DNA of 64,000 bases, from assembly GCA_029560465.1 (NCBI GenBank), contig JAKQKX010000082.1, forward strand, positions 4,947-68,946, in the 5' to 3' direction. Every line of letters starts with the position of its first letter. Position 1 is the first letter of the stretch. The notes under the pieces are model-generated. The model worked only from the letters and a program-made list of their open reading frames with translations. It did not search any database and had not been told where the DNA came from. Shown one piece after another: positions 15,618 through 25,072 of this stretch. Made by a program: the position numbers and the translations under genes. Source of the stretch: Candidatus Omnitrophota bacterium (GTDB taxonomy: Bacteria; Omnitrophota; Gorgyraeia; Zapsychrales; JANLHA01).

Positions 15618-16415
15618 ATGAAAAGGTTAATGTTTTGTGCTTTTGTCATTTTCTTCGGCTCAGCGGTGTGTGCTGATACGGTTACTGAAATTTTTCCTTA
15701 TCAAAAAGAAACAGACAGTGTCATCTTTATTGATAAAAAGACTAAAGAAAAACGTTCCGAATTAACCTACACGCTTAAAAAAACACTATCGCCAGGCGAA
15801 GCGGCTTTTGATTTTTATCGTACGGGTAAAGGCAAATGCGATAAATACCAGGATATTACTTGGGAAACCACGGCCCGGCTCAAAGAAAAAGAAGGTTTTC
15901 TATACTTATTGAATTCCTCTTGCGTTGCCAAAGACCCGCGAGGGAACATAATTCTTCGATACGAAAAACAATTTGATTATGACAACCGGCTTATTACTTG
16001 GCGGCAGCTTGATGCTGACGGCAAAATCGAGAAAGAAGCGCGCTATCCTATCAAAGGCAAGACCACGGATGATGTAACGCTTGTTTACTTTCTAAGAACG
16101 TATGTCGCCAACCGAAACACGCCCGGTTATCAAACCTATTATTTCCTTTCTAACGAACCGAAATTATATAAAGTCAATATCAGAGTTTTGGGTAATGAAA
16201 CGCTCGACCTTCCCATCGGGACCAAGAAAGCGATCAAGTTAAAGCTGACCGGTGACATGGGGATCGTTGATGACATACTCGATAAATATGTGCCGCATAC
16301 CTATGTCTGGTACGAAGATGCCCCGCCCCACGAATGGCTGCAGTATGAAGGCCTGGAAACCAGCATGCAATCCGCCAACGTTATTGCGTATGTGAGAGAG
16401 CGCTCTCGCAAATAA
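15618..16415 (+). CDS. Exported hypothetical protein (beta-rich, DUF3108-like)
   Basis: 265 aa with a signal peptide. C-terminal ETLDLPIGTKKAIKL...YVWYEDAPPH resembles the DUF3108 ETxxVPAG motif. Confidence 0.7.
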   Translation: MKRLMFCAFVIFFGSAVCADTVTEIFPYQKETDSVIFIDKKTKEKRSELTYTLKKTLSPGEAAFDFYRTGKGKCDKYQDITWETTARLKEKEGFLYLLNSSCVAKDPRGNIILRYEKQFDYDNRLITWRQLDADGKIEKEARYPIKGKTTDDVTLVYFLRTYVANRNTPGYQTYYFLSNEPKLYKVNIRVLGNETLDLPIGTKKAIKLKLTGDMGIVDDILDKYVPHTYVWYEDAPPHEWLQYEGLETSMQSANVIAYVRERSRK

Positions 16416-17442
16416 CGGAGCTGTCGGAATCAGCATTTTTCTTCCCGTCTTCGCTATAAAACACCGACGGCCCTGAAAGCACCTTCCACTCGGCCTCCTC
16501 AAGCAATCTGCGGCAATCCCCCACGCTCATCCCACGGGCTTCCTTAGTTTCCTTTTTGGTGTCACGCGGATTGGAGCCCACTTCCGCCCAGAATAGATTA
16601 GCGCCGGCTGCGGCACCGATAACATTCGGCTCATGTGTGCAGTTGCCAGGGATGTTATATCCCAATGCTAACCGCACCACGGCAAGGATATGCGCCATAC
16701 GAGCTTCGCTAACCAATCCGTATTCAGAAAGCTTCGTGTTTGGAATAGGAATTCTGCGCGCAGCCCCGCTGAAGACTGGACGTGCTTCGCGAGTGATAAT
16801 CGTCTTTTCAACTAACTCATCAATGGTGTGTTCATTACCAACAGGTTCAAGACAGGTTCCTAATAAAAGTCCTGCTTCACGGGCATTAGAAAATGTTTCC
16901 AGGCGTTTTTCGGGTCGAAGGCGGGAATCCCGGCCTTCTCCGAGGCGAAGCGCATGGTAGACGCCACAAAATCCGGCTGCCTTAATCCGTTTTGCCTCCT
17001 CGAGAGTGAAATCGCCGACATTCGCAACGAGCTTTGTTTCAGTCCGCAATGCTTTGCGCACCTCCAGCCCGGTTTCAAGAAATTTAGTGAACGGATAATC
17101 TGCGGTGCTCATCAAGAAAACAGCATTGGCTCCATCTGCCTCAAATCCTTTAGCGCGCTCAATGACTTCGCTTAAAGGCAATTCGCTTTTTTCCTTAAAG
17201 ACCCCGCTTGAGGCCGCAAAAGCGCAGAATAAACAGTTTTTGGGACACGGCGCGATATTTAAACCAATCTGCGCATGCACTTCAGCGAGATTCTCGGAAG
17301 CTATTTTACTCTTACGATAAGACGCGACTTGTATCAAAGCTGCCTCATCAGAAAAAAGCGGCACCTTGAATAATTCAGCAATTTCTTCAGAGTTTAGATC
17401 CTCATCTCCCATTGATTTCTTTATTAAATCATTGATATCCAT
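16381..17442 (-). CDS. Radical SAM protein, BioB/HydE/PylB-like
   Basis: CPKNCLFC cluster motif; NCTHEP and GANLFWAEVGSNPRD. Confidence 0.85.
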   Translation of the reverse strand: MDINDLIKKSMGDEDLNSEEIAELFKVPLFSDEAALIQVASYRKSKIASENLAEVHAQIGLNIAPCPKNCLFCAFAASSGVFKEKSELPLSEVIERAKGFEADGANAVFLMSTADYPFTKFLETGLEVRKALRTETKLVANVGDFTLEEAKRIKAAGFCGVYHALRLGEGRDSRLRPEKRLETFSNAREAGLLLGTCLEPVGNEHTIDELVEKTIITREARPVFSGAARRIPIPNTKLSEYGLVSEARMAHILAVVRLALGYNIPGNCTHEPNVIGAAAGANLFWAEVGSNPRDTKKETKEARGMSVGDCRRLLEEAEWKVLSGPSVFYSEDGKKNADSDSSVICESALSHTQ

Positions 17443-17487
17443 CTATCCTCCCATTTTTTGAATCGAACGATAATTATGGTATTTAAT

Positions 17488-17823
17488 TTACTCTTTTTTT
17501 CCAAATATCTGCGTCACAGTTTGAACCAGGTTTCCTTTATCAAATAATGGTTGCTTATGATTGAACTGAAAGAACATTTCTTCGTTAATCATAATGATCG
17601 GCGGATGCCAAGCCCCGCGCTTTAAACAATACCAGGCATTATCCAGCCAGGGTTTGATCTCGAAAATAACATTCTTACCCTCGAATTCTTTCTCAACAAG
17701 AGCGCGCAAGGTATGCGTCGTTAAGTCGCATTCTTCGCAACTGGATTTGATCTTAAAAGGCCCCCACGAACCCGCCCACTTATATTGAGTTATGATGACT
17801 GGATTATTTGAAACATTTTCCAT
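17488..17823 (-). CDS. Thioredoxin-fold hypothetical protein
   Basis: YKWAGSWGPFKIKSSCEEC (CxxC) and GAWHPPIIMIN (cis-Pro-like). Confidence 0.7.
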   Translation of the reverse strand: MENVSNNPVIITQYKWAGSWGPFKIKSSCEECDLTTHTLRALVEKEFEGKNVIFEIKPWLDNAWYCLKRGAWHPPIIMINEEMFFQFNHKQPLFDKGNLVQTVTQIFGKKE

Positions 17824-18469
17824 GTAGAAATCTCCTGGTATGTTGGGCAAAATTTTTGTTTGTCTTTAATAATGTCCTAAGCGCTTTAAGGTCTTCGTAT
17901 TGGTCTATGTCACGCCATGGTTTTAACAAATACACTTTTTGATCAGCCTCCTTTGCTTTTCGCAGGCTTTCCGCAAGCACGCGTGATGTGCTCCATTGTA
18001 TTCCCAGGAAGATATTTCGCATAGATTTTTTTAGAGCCACCAGATAATATCCTCCGTCCCTTGCCGGGCCAAAAACTACATCATGCTTCGAAAGTTTTCT
18101 AAAGGCAGTCTCAATATACTCAGGAGGAAGATCGGGCGCATCGGATCCGACGATAACGGTTTTGGTGGATCCTTGATTCTTTGCGAACACAAACGCCGCA
18201 TAAAGTCTTTGTCCTAAAGAAGCACCTTTCTGCTTATAAAAAATGTAGTCTGCGGCAATCCTTTTCAAATAAACAGGATTCCCTTCAGAGTGATACGCCA
18301 TAATTTTATGGACGTTTTTATATTTGTTGATTAGCTCAACGGTGTCTTTAAGGAATGCCTTGTAAAGACCCACAGCTCTCTCTGGGGAAAGATCGTTGTT
18401 CAGGCGGGTTTTGACCTTGCCGCGTTGAGGCTCTTTAGCGAATACAATTATGAAACGTTTGTCTCTCAT
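17804..18469 (-). CDS. TIGR04282/DUF2064 family glycosyltransferase (CofC-like)
   Basis: FAKEPQRGKVKTRL, QKGASLGQRL, GSDAP, GPARDGGYYL and DID. Confidence 0.92.
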   Translation of the reverse strand: MRDKRFIIVFAKEPQRGKVKTRLNNDLSPERAVGLYKAFLKDTVELINKYKNVHKIMAYHSEGNPVYLKRIAADYIFYKQKGASLGQRLYAAFVFAKNQGSTKTVIVGSDAPDLPPEYIETAFRKLSKHDVVFGPARDGGYYLVALKKSMRNIFLGIQWSTSRVLAESLRKAKEADQKVYLLKPWRDIDQYEDLKALRTLLKTNKNFAQHTRRFLHGKCFK

Positions 18470-18470
18470 C

Positions 18471-19397
18471 TTAATTGTTTCTTGGCGGCCGGTAAGCAAC
18501 TGGATTTCCTGAGAAATGATAACCGTCCTCAAAGGCCTTACGCTCTAGCTTTTCCAACGCCTCGATGAAATTCTTTTTGCCGAGGTTGCTGTCCGGGACT
18601 GCGACGTCCGCGATTTTGTACCCGAATTGTTTGCGGTAATGGGCGTAGTGTTTGGTCATGACCGCCTGGATACGGTTTAACTGCGACGGCCGGCGGACCA
18701 GGTCAAGCGCCTGACGGCGCCAAGCGCTTATGAATGGCTGATCAATTTTTCCCGGAGCATTGGCCAAAGCCACCCCGATCGCGTTTGCTGTCGGAATATC
18801 GATTTCCTGGCAGATGAATTTCAGGGCATGCCAAATATCATACAATTCTTTTTTGACGTGAATCTCCTGCCGCCTCAGCCAGGCATAAGCATGTAACCGA
18901 CGGCGCCAGTCCCACCATTTCCAGGGGCTCTCGATATCAAGCGCTGGGATCAAGAAATAATCTTCCTTTAATAGCATGGCGCCAAAAACACCGGGAGGTT
19001 TGCCCAAGCGCTTATCTTTAAGGGTCGTACGATAGACACCGCATGTTGGACTGCCCTCCATAAAAGCAAAAGCCTCAACATCCGCCCTCTTGAGCGCGTC
19101 CAGGCAAACACGCACACCCTCTCGAATATTTTCCGAAACATCTCGCCCTCTTCGGTTTTTGACCTTGGCCGCGCCATTCCAATAATCATCTCCGTTGCCG
19201 CTGACCAAACGAACCGGGTCTCTGCCCACACCCAAACCGCTCATCACCTCCGGGCAAATCGGTGTCCAGATATAGTCGCTCTGGGCCCGGCCTAAAGCGC
19301 TCACGCGGTCCCACCCCTTGTGATCCCAACGGACCTTGGCGCCAAAATTACAGGCGCTGATCCCGATCCGAATTTTATCAGTTAGAATATACTTCAT
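18471..19397 (-). CDS. DUF523 (TudS/2-thiouracil desulfurase-like) plus DUF1722 protein
   Basis: IGISACNFG, ICPEVMSGLGVGR, SPTCG and GVFG. Confidence 0.85.
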   Translation of the reverse strand: MKYILTDKIRIGISACNFGAKVRWDHKGWDRVSALGRAQSDYIWTPICPEVMSGLGVGRDPVRLVSGNGDDYWNGAAKVKNRRGRDVSENIREGVRVCLDALKRADVEAFAFMEGSPTCGVYRTTLKDKRLGKPPGVFGAMLLKEDYFLIPALDIESPWKWWDWRRRLHAYAWLRRQEIHVKKELYDIWHALKFICQEIDIPTANAIGVALANAPGKIDQPFISAWRRQALDLVRRPSQLNRIQAVMTKHYAHYRKQFGYKIADVAVPDSNLGKKNFIEALEKLERKAFEDGYHFSGNPVAYRPPRNN

Positions 19398-19400
19398 GGA

Positions 19401-19589
19401 TTATTCCACTGCGATTTTGACTTTGACCTGATATTCAGCGAGCTTCCCGCCGCGCACTGAGCCTCGGTGTTCGACCACTTCAAAGAAATGAACGATGTGT
19501 CCGGCGCGAATAATTTCTTCAACGGCAGCTTTGACCGCTTCTGTGTAACCGTCCGGGGAGCCTCCGATAACTTCAAGCATCTTTAACAT
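19401..19589 (-). CDS. Dodecin family protein
   Basis: MLKMLEVIGGSPDGYTEAVKAAV...FEVVEHRG...EYQVKVKI. RBS GGAGG. Confidence 0.88.
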   Translation of the reverse strand: MLKMLEVIGGSPDGYTEAVKAAVEEIIRAGHIVHFFEVVEHRGSVRGGKLAEYQVKVKIAVE

Positions 19590-19621
19590 CTTTTCCCCCT
19601 CCTTCAAAAATAAAACAAAAA

Positions 19622-20030
19622 TTAATTTAAGAAAATTAATACGCAGTTTAGAATCACAGCGAAACTTACCCACAGAATATACGGAACGAGTAATGCTGCG
19701 GCCCATTTTGATAACGGAAAAAATTCAATAATCGTCCAGATGATGGCTGAGCAAAGTATCGCTATTATCACAAAACCCCCGATGATAGAATGAGCGCCAA
19801 AAAAGATGACGGACCACAGGCTGTTCAGCACTCATTGAACAATAAATACGCCGAGAGCTTTTTTTACCCCTGGGGCATGAAGTCCTTTTGTCTAAACAAG
19901 AAACAGGTCAACACCCATAGACGTGTAAAGAATTATCCACACCGGAGCGAAAACCCAATTGGGCGGGTTAAAGCCGGTTTGTTAATAAACGCATACCATT
20001 CCGGGATTGCTGGACGAAAGCACTCCCCTC
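19622..20030 (-). pseudogene. tspO: TspO/MBR pseudogene
   Basis: IPEWYAFINKP (frameshift) NPPNWVFAPVWIILY..., two in-frame stops, then LNSLWSVIFFG...AAALLVPYILWVSFAVILN. The 5' limit is approximate. Confidence 0.88.
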
Positions 20031-20126
20031 TGTCAAAATCAAACTATAAATGATCCGGTTTCTGGGGAATATTATACTCCTTTGCTGATTATTTCAACAA
20101 GGGGGTATAGACTTATTCGTGATTCT

Positions 20127-20606
20127 TTAGGACATATCTGTTAATAGGGATTCTAAATCCTCCTCGTGTTCAACTTCATCTTTTAGTATTTCTAAAATAA
20201 CATGGTAGGTGATAGGGTCTTTATCCTTCACAAACTCAAGTAGTTTTTTATATGTTTCAATCGCACATTGTTCGCCGTTAATATTTTGTTTTAACAACGC
20301 TTTTGTGCTTGGGTCGCTGGGCTCCGCGTACCCGCAATTCGTTTCTTTTAATAGATCTTCTGGCTTTAATAGCGGAGTTCCACCCAATGTTATAATCCTT
20401 TCCGCAAGCATCTGAGCGTGTTTCAATTCTTCGTTGGCGTGTTCTTCCAGCTCTCCAGCCACAATCCCCCGCATCCTGCCAGAGGCGACTTTAGCCCCCA
20501 CCCAATACTGATAATAGGCGAGCCACTCATCAGCATAAGCTTTGTTGAGCACGGTCACTAATTCTTCAACATTCACACCTACAATCGCTTTCCCTTTTGT
20601 GCCCAT
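20127..20606 (-). CDS. Ferritin-like DPSL / bacterioferritin-related protein
   Basis: LNKAYADEWLAYYQYW, EELKHA, GEQCAI and DEVEHEED. Confidence 0.9.
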   Translation of the reverse strand: MGTKGKAIVGVNVEELVTVLNKAYADEWLAYYQYWVGAKVASGRMRGIVAGELEEHANEELKHAQMLAERIITLGGTPLLKPEDLLKETNCGYAEPSDPSTKALLKQNINGEQCAIETYKKLLEFVKDKDPITYHVILEILKDEVEHEEDLESLLTDMS

Positions 20607-20646
20607 AATCTTTTCTCCTTCCACTGGGATCAATATTATTGATACC

Positions 20647-21339
20647 CTATTTTAATTTAAGTGTTTTAAAACAGATAAACCAATCCAGACATTTAATCCC
20701 TTCTTTTTGAGCGCCTTCAACCCGCTCTTTTGCGGTTCCGCAGCTTCCCGGAGGAGGGACAATCACATCTTCCCCTGGCTGCCAATCGGCGGGAGTAGCG
20801 ACATTATGGGTATCCACCGTCTGCATGGATATGAGCAATCGTTTGATTTCCTGAAAATTACGGCCGGTTGATAATGGATAATACATAAGCGCCCTTACTT
20901 TAGCCTTTGGATCAATAAAGAACACGGCTCTTACAGCACTCACGTTGCTCTCGCAGGGTTGAATCATACCAAACTTCTTCGCGACATCCATTGTGAGATC
21001 CGCAATCACCGGGAAATTTACTTCAACATTTTTCATGCCTTTGTATTCAATTTTTTCTTTAATAGTCCTCAGCCACGCGATATGACTGTAATGACTGTCT
21101 ATGGAAAGGCCAATCAGTTTACAATTCAACGCCGCAAACTCTTTTTCCATAGAAGCAAATGTTATGAATTCAGTCGTACATACGGGTGTAAAATCAGCCG
21201 GATGGCTGAATAAAATAACCCACTTGCCCTCATAGTCTTCAGGAAATTTAATATGCCCTTGTGTCGTATCTGCCTCAAATGACGGGGCAACATCCCCTAT
21301 CACCGGCATGTGTGTTTTCTCGCAGCAATTTTGTTCCAT
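20647..21339 (-). CDS. Peroxiredoxin (Prx6/archaeal type)
   Basis: FSHPADFTPVCTTE, YYPLSTGRN, ATPADWQPG and CLDWFIC. Confidence 0.95.
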   Translation of the reverse strand: MEQNCCEKTHMPVIGDVAPSFEADTTQGHIKFPEDYEGKWVILFSHPADFTPVCTTEFITFASMEKEFAALNCKLIGLSIDSHYSHIAWLRTIKEKIEYKGMKNVEVNFPVIADLTMDVAKKFGMIQPCESNVSAVRAVFFIDPKAKVRALMYYPLSTGRNFQEIKRLLISMQTVDTHNVATPADWQPGEDVIVPPPGSCGTAKERVEGAQKEGIKCLDWFICFKTLKLK

Positions 21340-21577
21340 TTTGTTTTCCTCCTTTTTGAATTTTTGATTACCTTTATTGATTTCTGTTGGCAGACCGGGT
21401 TATAAACGCTAAATGAAAAACCGCCCATAAGCGTTTGGGGAATGATTCATGCTCCATTCCCGGCAAATTCAGCAGAGTTCTCTCCCAACCTCACTAAAGA
21501 ACGTACGGATAATTATATTTAATTTTTACCTAGGTGTATGTCCTTTTTGAGGTCTTTGATTGCGGCTTTATACTAAA

Positions 21578-21592
21578 TAGTAATCATTACTA
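21578..21592. promoter_or_regulatory. PerR/Fur-type 7-1-7 box
   Basis: Perfect palindrome TAGTAAT-C-ATTACTA upstream of the peroxiredoxin gene. Confidence 0.7.
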
Positions 21593-21611
21593 ATATAGGG
21601 ATAAAAAAATA

Positions 21612-22052
21612 TTACTTGTCTTTACATTTAGAACAAATTCCTTCTAATACCACTCTTTTACTGGTAACTGTTCCATGTTTCTGCACTTCATCAGGCACCG
21701 AAATATCATTATAAGAGTCGTTTTCAAAATCAAAAATTGTGTGGCATTTAATACATCTGAAATGGTGGTGTTGATGTAGATTTGGTTCGAAACGTTTTTG
21801 TTCACCATAACCTTCCACAAGACCAATAATACCGATTTCAGTAAATGAAAGAAGCGTTCGATAAACTGTATCAAAAGAGATATTCGTTAAGTTTTTACGT
21901 GTTCTTTTGTATAGGGCATCAGCAGTAGGATGGTCTTTGGCTTTAATGAGCTCCTCATAGATTACCTTCCTTTGAGGAGTAATCTTTAAACCATGCTCAG
22001 CGCATTTATCATAAAACAATTGTGTTAAATTTTGTTTTTCTTCTAAGTTCAT
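21612..22052 (-). CDS. perR: Fur-family repressor, PerR-like
   Basis: KITPQR, HPTAD, DTVYRTL, HHHFRCIKC and CSKC; next to peroxide-defence genes. Confidence 0.85.
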   Translation of the reverse strand: MNLEEKQNLTQLFYDKCAEHGLKITPQRKVIYEELIKAKDHPTADALYKRTRKNLTNISFDTVYRTLLSFTEIGIIGLVEGYGEQKRFEPNLHQHHHFRCIKCHTIFDFENDSYNDISVPDEVQKHGTVTSKRVVLEGICSKCKDK

Positions 22053-22058
22053 CCTGTT

Positions 22059-22087
22059 ACTATATCGTAATGGTTCTTATTTGTCAA
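22059..22087 (-). promoter_or_regulatory. perR promoter with an embedded Per-like box
   Basis: TTGACA-17 bp-TATAGT; the spacer contains TAAGAAC-C-ATTACGA; the -10 lies 7 nt before the ATG. Confidence 0.75.
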
Positions 22088-22289
22088 TGACTATTTAAGC
22101 CTGTTGGCGTTTATTATCCTTTATACCAAACTATTTTAAAAAAGCGCTTGTGATTCTAATACATCTTCGAGCAACCTTGCCGGGAGGTTCGGGTTTTCCC
22201 CAAGAAAAGCCCTAACGGCCCAAGCGGATGCTTGGGGATGGATAAAAAGCATTTTCTTAAAAATGTGGCACGGCAATTAAGAGATAATT

Positions 22290-23756
22290 TTAAATATGCT
22301 TTTCGCCTTTCACTGCGCCTGCTTCCCATTTCCCAACCCCGGCCATGACATCTTTAAAACACAATTTTGCTAACTCATCAAAATTGCTTTCAAGGATGCG
22401 CTGAATACGCCCCGGCTTTGAATAGAATTCCCGCATACCCCAAGCACCAAGCCTCCCAAGATCTTCAATGCTTAAATGTTCGGTTGGAACCACGGGATGA
22501 AGAAAATCCCACTTCAACATGTCTAAATTTTCTGGATCAATCCACCCCCGTTTTATACCATCCGCCCAAATAGGCGATCCTGGAGGCGGAGTAAGATAGC
22601 CTACCCACATAACATCCGGATCAACTTGATCGGCAAATTCAAAACGCTTTTTAATGATCGCTTCAGTGTCATAATCGAACCCGATCATGATGTCTCCAAC
22701 AATGGCGATGTCATTCCTTCGTAGGATCTCGATGGTTTTAAATATTTGGTCAACCGTGATCCCTTTATCAAGTTTGCGCAACTCGTCATCGCTGGCCACT
22801 TCAATCCCAAAGACAGCCATAAATAAACCTGCCTTTTTCATCAAAGGAATGTCTTTTTCCATTCTTACCCAGTCACTTGCACACCCTAAGCTTACCCATT
22901 TCATCTGAAGATTACGCTTTATTTTCTCTTCACAAAATTCCCTCACGCGTTTTCCATTAAGATTAAAGTTGTCTTCTTGGATCACCACAACCTTGGTCCC
23001 AAATTTCTTTTCCAGCAGTTCAATCTCATCGATAACCTTTAAGGCCGACTTAAAGCGCCAAAGTTTAAAATGGTTAAGCGCCCGGGGATCATGCTCGCTC
23101 CATTCATAACAAAAAGTACAGCCGTGCGTGCATCCGCGGGAAGTTACGATTTCCGCAAACGGTTTCCAATAAGTATGCCCGACATATTTATCCATCGGGA
23201 AAAGATCATAGGCAGGCAAAGGAAGGATGTCTAAATTCTTAATAAGATCACGAATCGGGCCGAAAACAACCGAACCGTTATGCCGCGAGGATAACCCGGG
23301 GATATCGCTAAAATCTGTTTTCCCTTTGTTTAATGCTTCCATTAAATCATTAAAGGTAATTTCACCTTCACCCATAACAACAAAATCAATGGCGGAATCC
23401 TTTTGCAGTGTTTCCTTGCCGAAGAATGAATACCACAATCCGCCAACAACAATTTTTGTCTTGGGAAGAATTTTCTTTACGGCTTGGGCCGTATCATTAA
23501 AATATTTCTGAACGGCGAATCCTCCATAGGAATGCAAAACATCACCTAACACAACCACTTCAGGATTTTTCGCTTTGACCTGCTCAAGCATAGCGTCAAA
23601 GGGGATATTGAGCGCCTTGCAATCCAAAACTTCCGGTTGAATTGTCCCTTTTTCTCGGGCATACGCTGCCCAACTGGCATGCATTTGATTAGGTGCCACA
23701 TGATGGCCATGTGTTGCCCAAGAGCCTAATTGTGGTGTCAAAAAAAGTGTTTTCAT
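22290..23756 (-). CDS. Cobalamin-binding radical SAM protein
   Basis: B12-binding N-domain (VVGG...DFVVMGEGE, LPLPAYDL); TSRGCTHGCTFC; FGIE. Confidence 0.92.
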   Translation of the reverse strand: MKTLFLTPQLGSWATHGHHVAPNQMHASWAAYAREKGTIQPEVLDCKALNIPFDAMLEQVKAKNPEVVVLGDVLHSYGGFAVQKYFNDTAQAVKKILPKTKIVVGGLWYSFFGKETLQKDSAIDFVVMGEGEITFNDLMEALNKGKTDFSDIPGLSSRHNGSVVFGPIRDLIKNLDILPLPAYDLFPMDKYVGHTYWKPFAEIVTSRGCTHGCTFCYEWSEHDPRALNHFKLWRFKSALKVIDEIELLEKKFGTKVVVIQEDNFNLNGKRVREFCEEKIKRNLQMKWVSLGCASDWVRMEKDIPLMKKAGLFMAVFGIEVASDDELRKLDKGITVDQIFKTIEILRRNDIAIVGDIMIGFDYDTEAIIKKRFEFADQVDPDVMWVGYLTPPPGSPIWADGIKRGWIDPENLDMLKWDFLHPVVPTEHLSIEDLGRLGAWGMREFYSKPGRIQRILESNFDELAKLCFKDVMAGVGKWEAGAVKGEKHI

Positions 23757-23765
23757 GTCTCTCTC

Positions 23766-24338
23766 CTATTTTAATATTCCTTTTGACCAAATATCCATAA
23801 CGGTTTCCAGCGCCTGCTGAAAACTTACTCCCTCCTGCTGTAAAACCTCAGGGTCAATAATATTATTGACCGCGCCCAAATACGCTCTTACTGCTAATGC
23901 CGGATTAACATCACGGAATTTTCTTTTTTTAATGCCGGCACCAACAAGTTTTTCTAAATCCATGACTTTCCCCGCGCGAAAATCAACAAACTCCTGCCAT
24001 AATTCCGGCAGTTCAATCTGAATATCTTTTAAGAAATGTTCAAACCATGGTGTTAATTCCTGTTGCAAAAAAAGGATATTAAGTGAAATAATCTTTAACG
24101 GATCTTTCTCTGTCTTCTCGATTTTAAGCTGATAATCATTGATCTTATTTTTTATTCTCACGACCAAGCCCTTGGCGATATCTATTTTGCTTGGGAAATG
24201 CAGGTAAATTGTGTTTTTACTCATTCGAAGATCACCGGCGATTTCATCCATGGTAACCTTGTGATACCCAAAACGGACCATGCGGGCTTGTGAGGCATTT
24301 AAGATTTTATCAATAACGGGATTAGGCGGTTTCATCAT
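23766..24338 (-). CDS. TetR/AcrR family regulator
   Basis: GYHKVTMDEIAGDLRMSKNTIYLHFPSK. Confidence 0.92.
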   Translation of the reverse strand: MMKPPNPVIDKILNASQARMVRFGYHKVTMDEIAGDLRMSKNTIYLHFPSKIDIAKGLVVRIKNKINDYQLKIEKTEKDPLKIISLNILFLQQELTPWFEHFLKDIQIELPELWQEFVDFRAGKVMDLEKLVGAGIKKRKFRDVNPALAVRAYLGAVNNIIDPEVLQQEGVSFQQALETVMDIWSKGILK

Positions 24339-24348
24339 AAATTTCAAT

Positions 24349-24399
24349 AATACTTGATCAGTATTTATAGTATCTTAACAAAAGAAACCTCGCTGTCAA
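24349..24399 (-). promoter_or_regulatory. tetR promoter and operator
   Basis: TTGACA-16 bp-TAAGAT; AATACT-N5-AGTATT at 24349-24365. Confidence 0.6.
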
Positions 24400-24400
24400 C

Positions 24401-24430
24401 AAAAAAGCCCCTGAGCAAACGTGGGGCTTT
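24401..24430 (-). terminator. Rho-independent terminator
   Basis: AAAGCCCC/GGGGCTTT stem with a T-tract on the minus strand. Confidence 0.65.
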
Positions 24431-24511
24431 CCCGAGAAAATTATTCTGTTAAACGATTTACTTGTCGTTAATTTTTTGTCCCCAGCGGATCTTCCTTCTT
24501 TTTTAATTTGC

Positions 24512-25054
24512 TTATTTAAAGAATAGCCGGAATTTATTTGTTAAGCTTTGCAAATAGCCTTTTTGAAATTCTATAAAATACGCTTTGCTCCAAAATACCG
24601 GATGATGAGTCGCTACGATCACCTGACAACCCGTTTTAACAAGAGCATTAAGACCTTTTCGAATTTTCATTACTCCCTCAAGGTCATGTCCGTTTTCCGG
24701 CTCATCAAGAATAAAACAATCCCCCTTTTGAGGATGATACAATCGTAATACATCCCGCATCGTTTCCCCATGCGATGAAAACAAGGCACGCGTTCGGATA
24801 ACGGTACCCCGCAATCCCTTGAAATATTTATAAGCCCGATGCGGATTCATGATCTCCCCGTTAAAATAATGGTAGACAGGCTTCGGATGTCCTTTCCTCT
24901 CGCAGTCCCGGCATTTATAAATTGCCTGCAACAAGGAACTTTTGCCGGAACCGTTAGGCCCGACAATCACATTATATCCGGGCTTAAAATGAATTATTTC
25001 TCGCCCGCTTATTCTGCCTGTATGTCGAAAACATAAGCGTATTTCCTGCAGCAT
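24512..25054 (-). CDS. Small ABC/AAA-family ATPase
   Basis: GPNGSGKS, SHGE signature, ILDEPE and ATH. Confidence 0.85.
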   Translation of the reverse strand: MLQEIRLCFRHTGRISGREIIHFKPGYNVIVGPNGSGKSSLLQAIYKCRDCERKGHPKPVYHYFNGEIMNPHRAYKYFKGLRGTVIRTRALFSSHGETMRDVLRLYHPQKGDCFILDEPENGHDLEGVMKIRKGLNALVKTGCQVIVATHHPVFWSKAYFIEFQKGYLQSLTNKFRLFFK

Positions 25055-25072
25055 GTGGCTGAACCTTTCATT

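Noticed and set aside
21340-21570. Possible desulfoferrodoxin remnant or riboswitch before the peroxiredoxin
   Set aside because: There is no coherent frame or recognisable aptamer.
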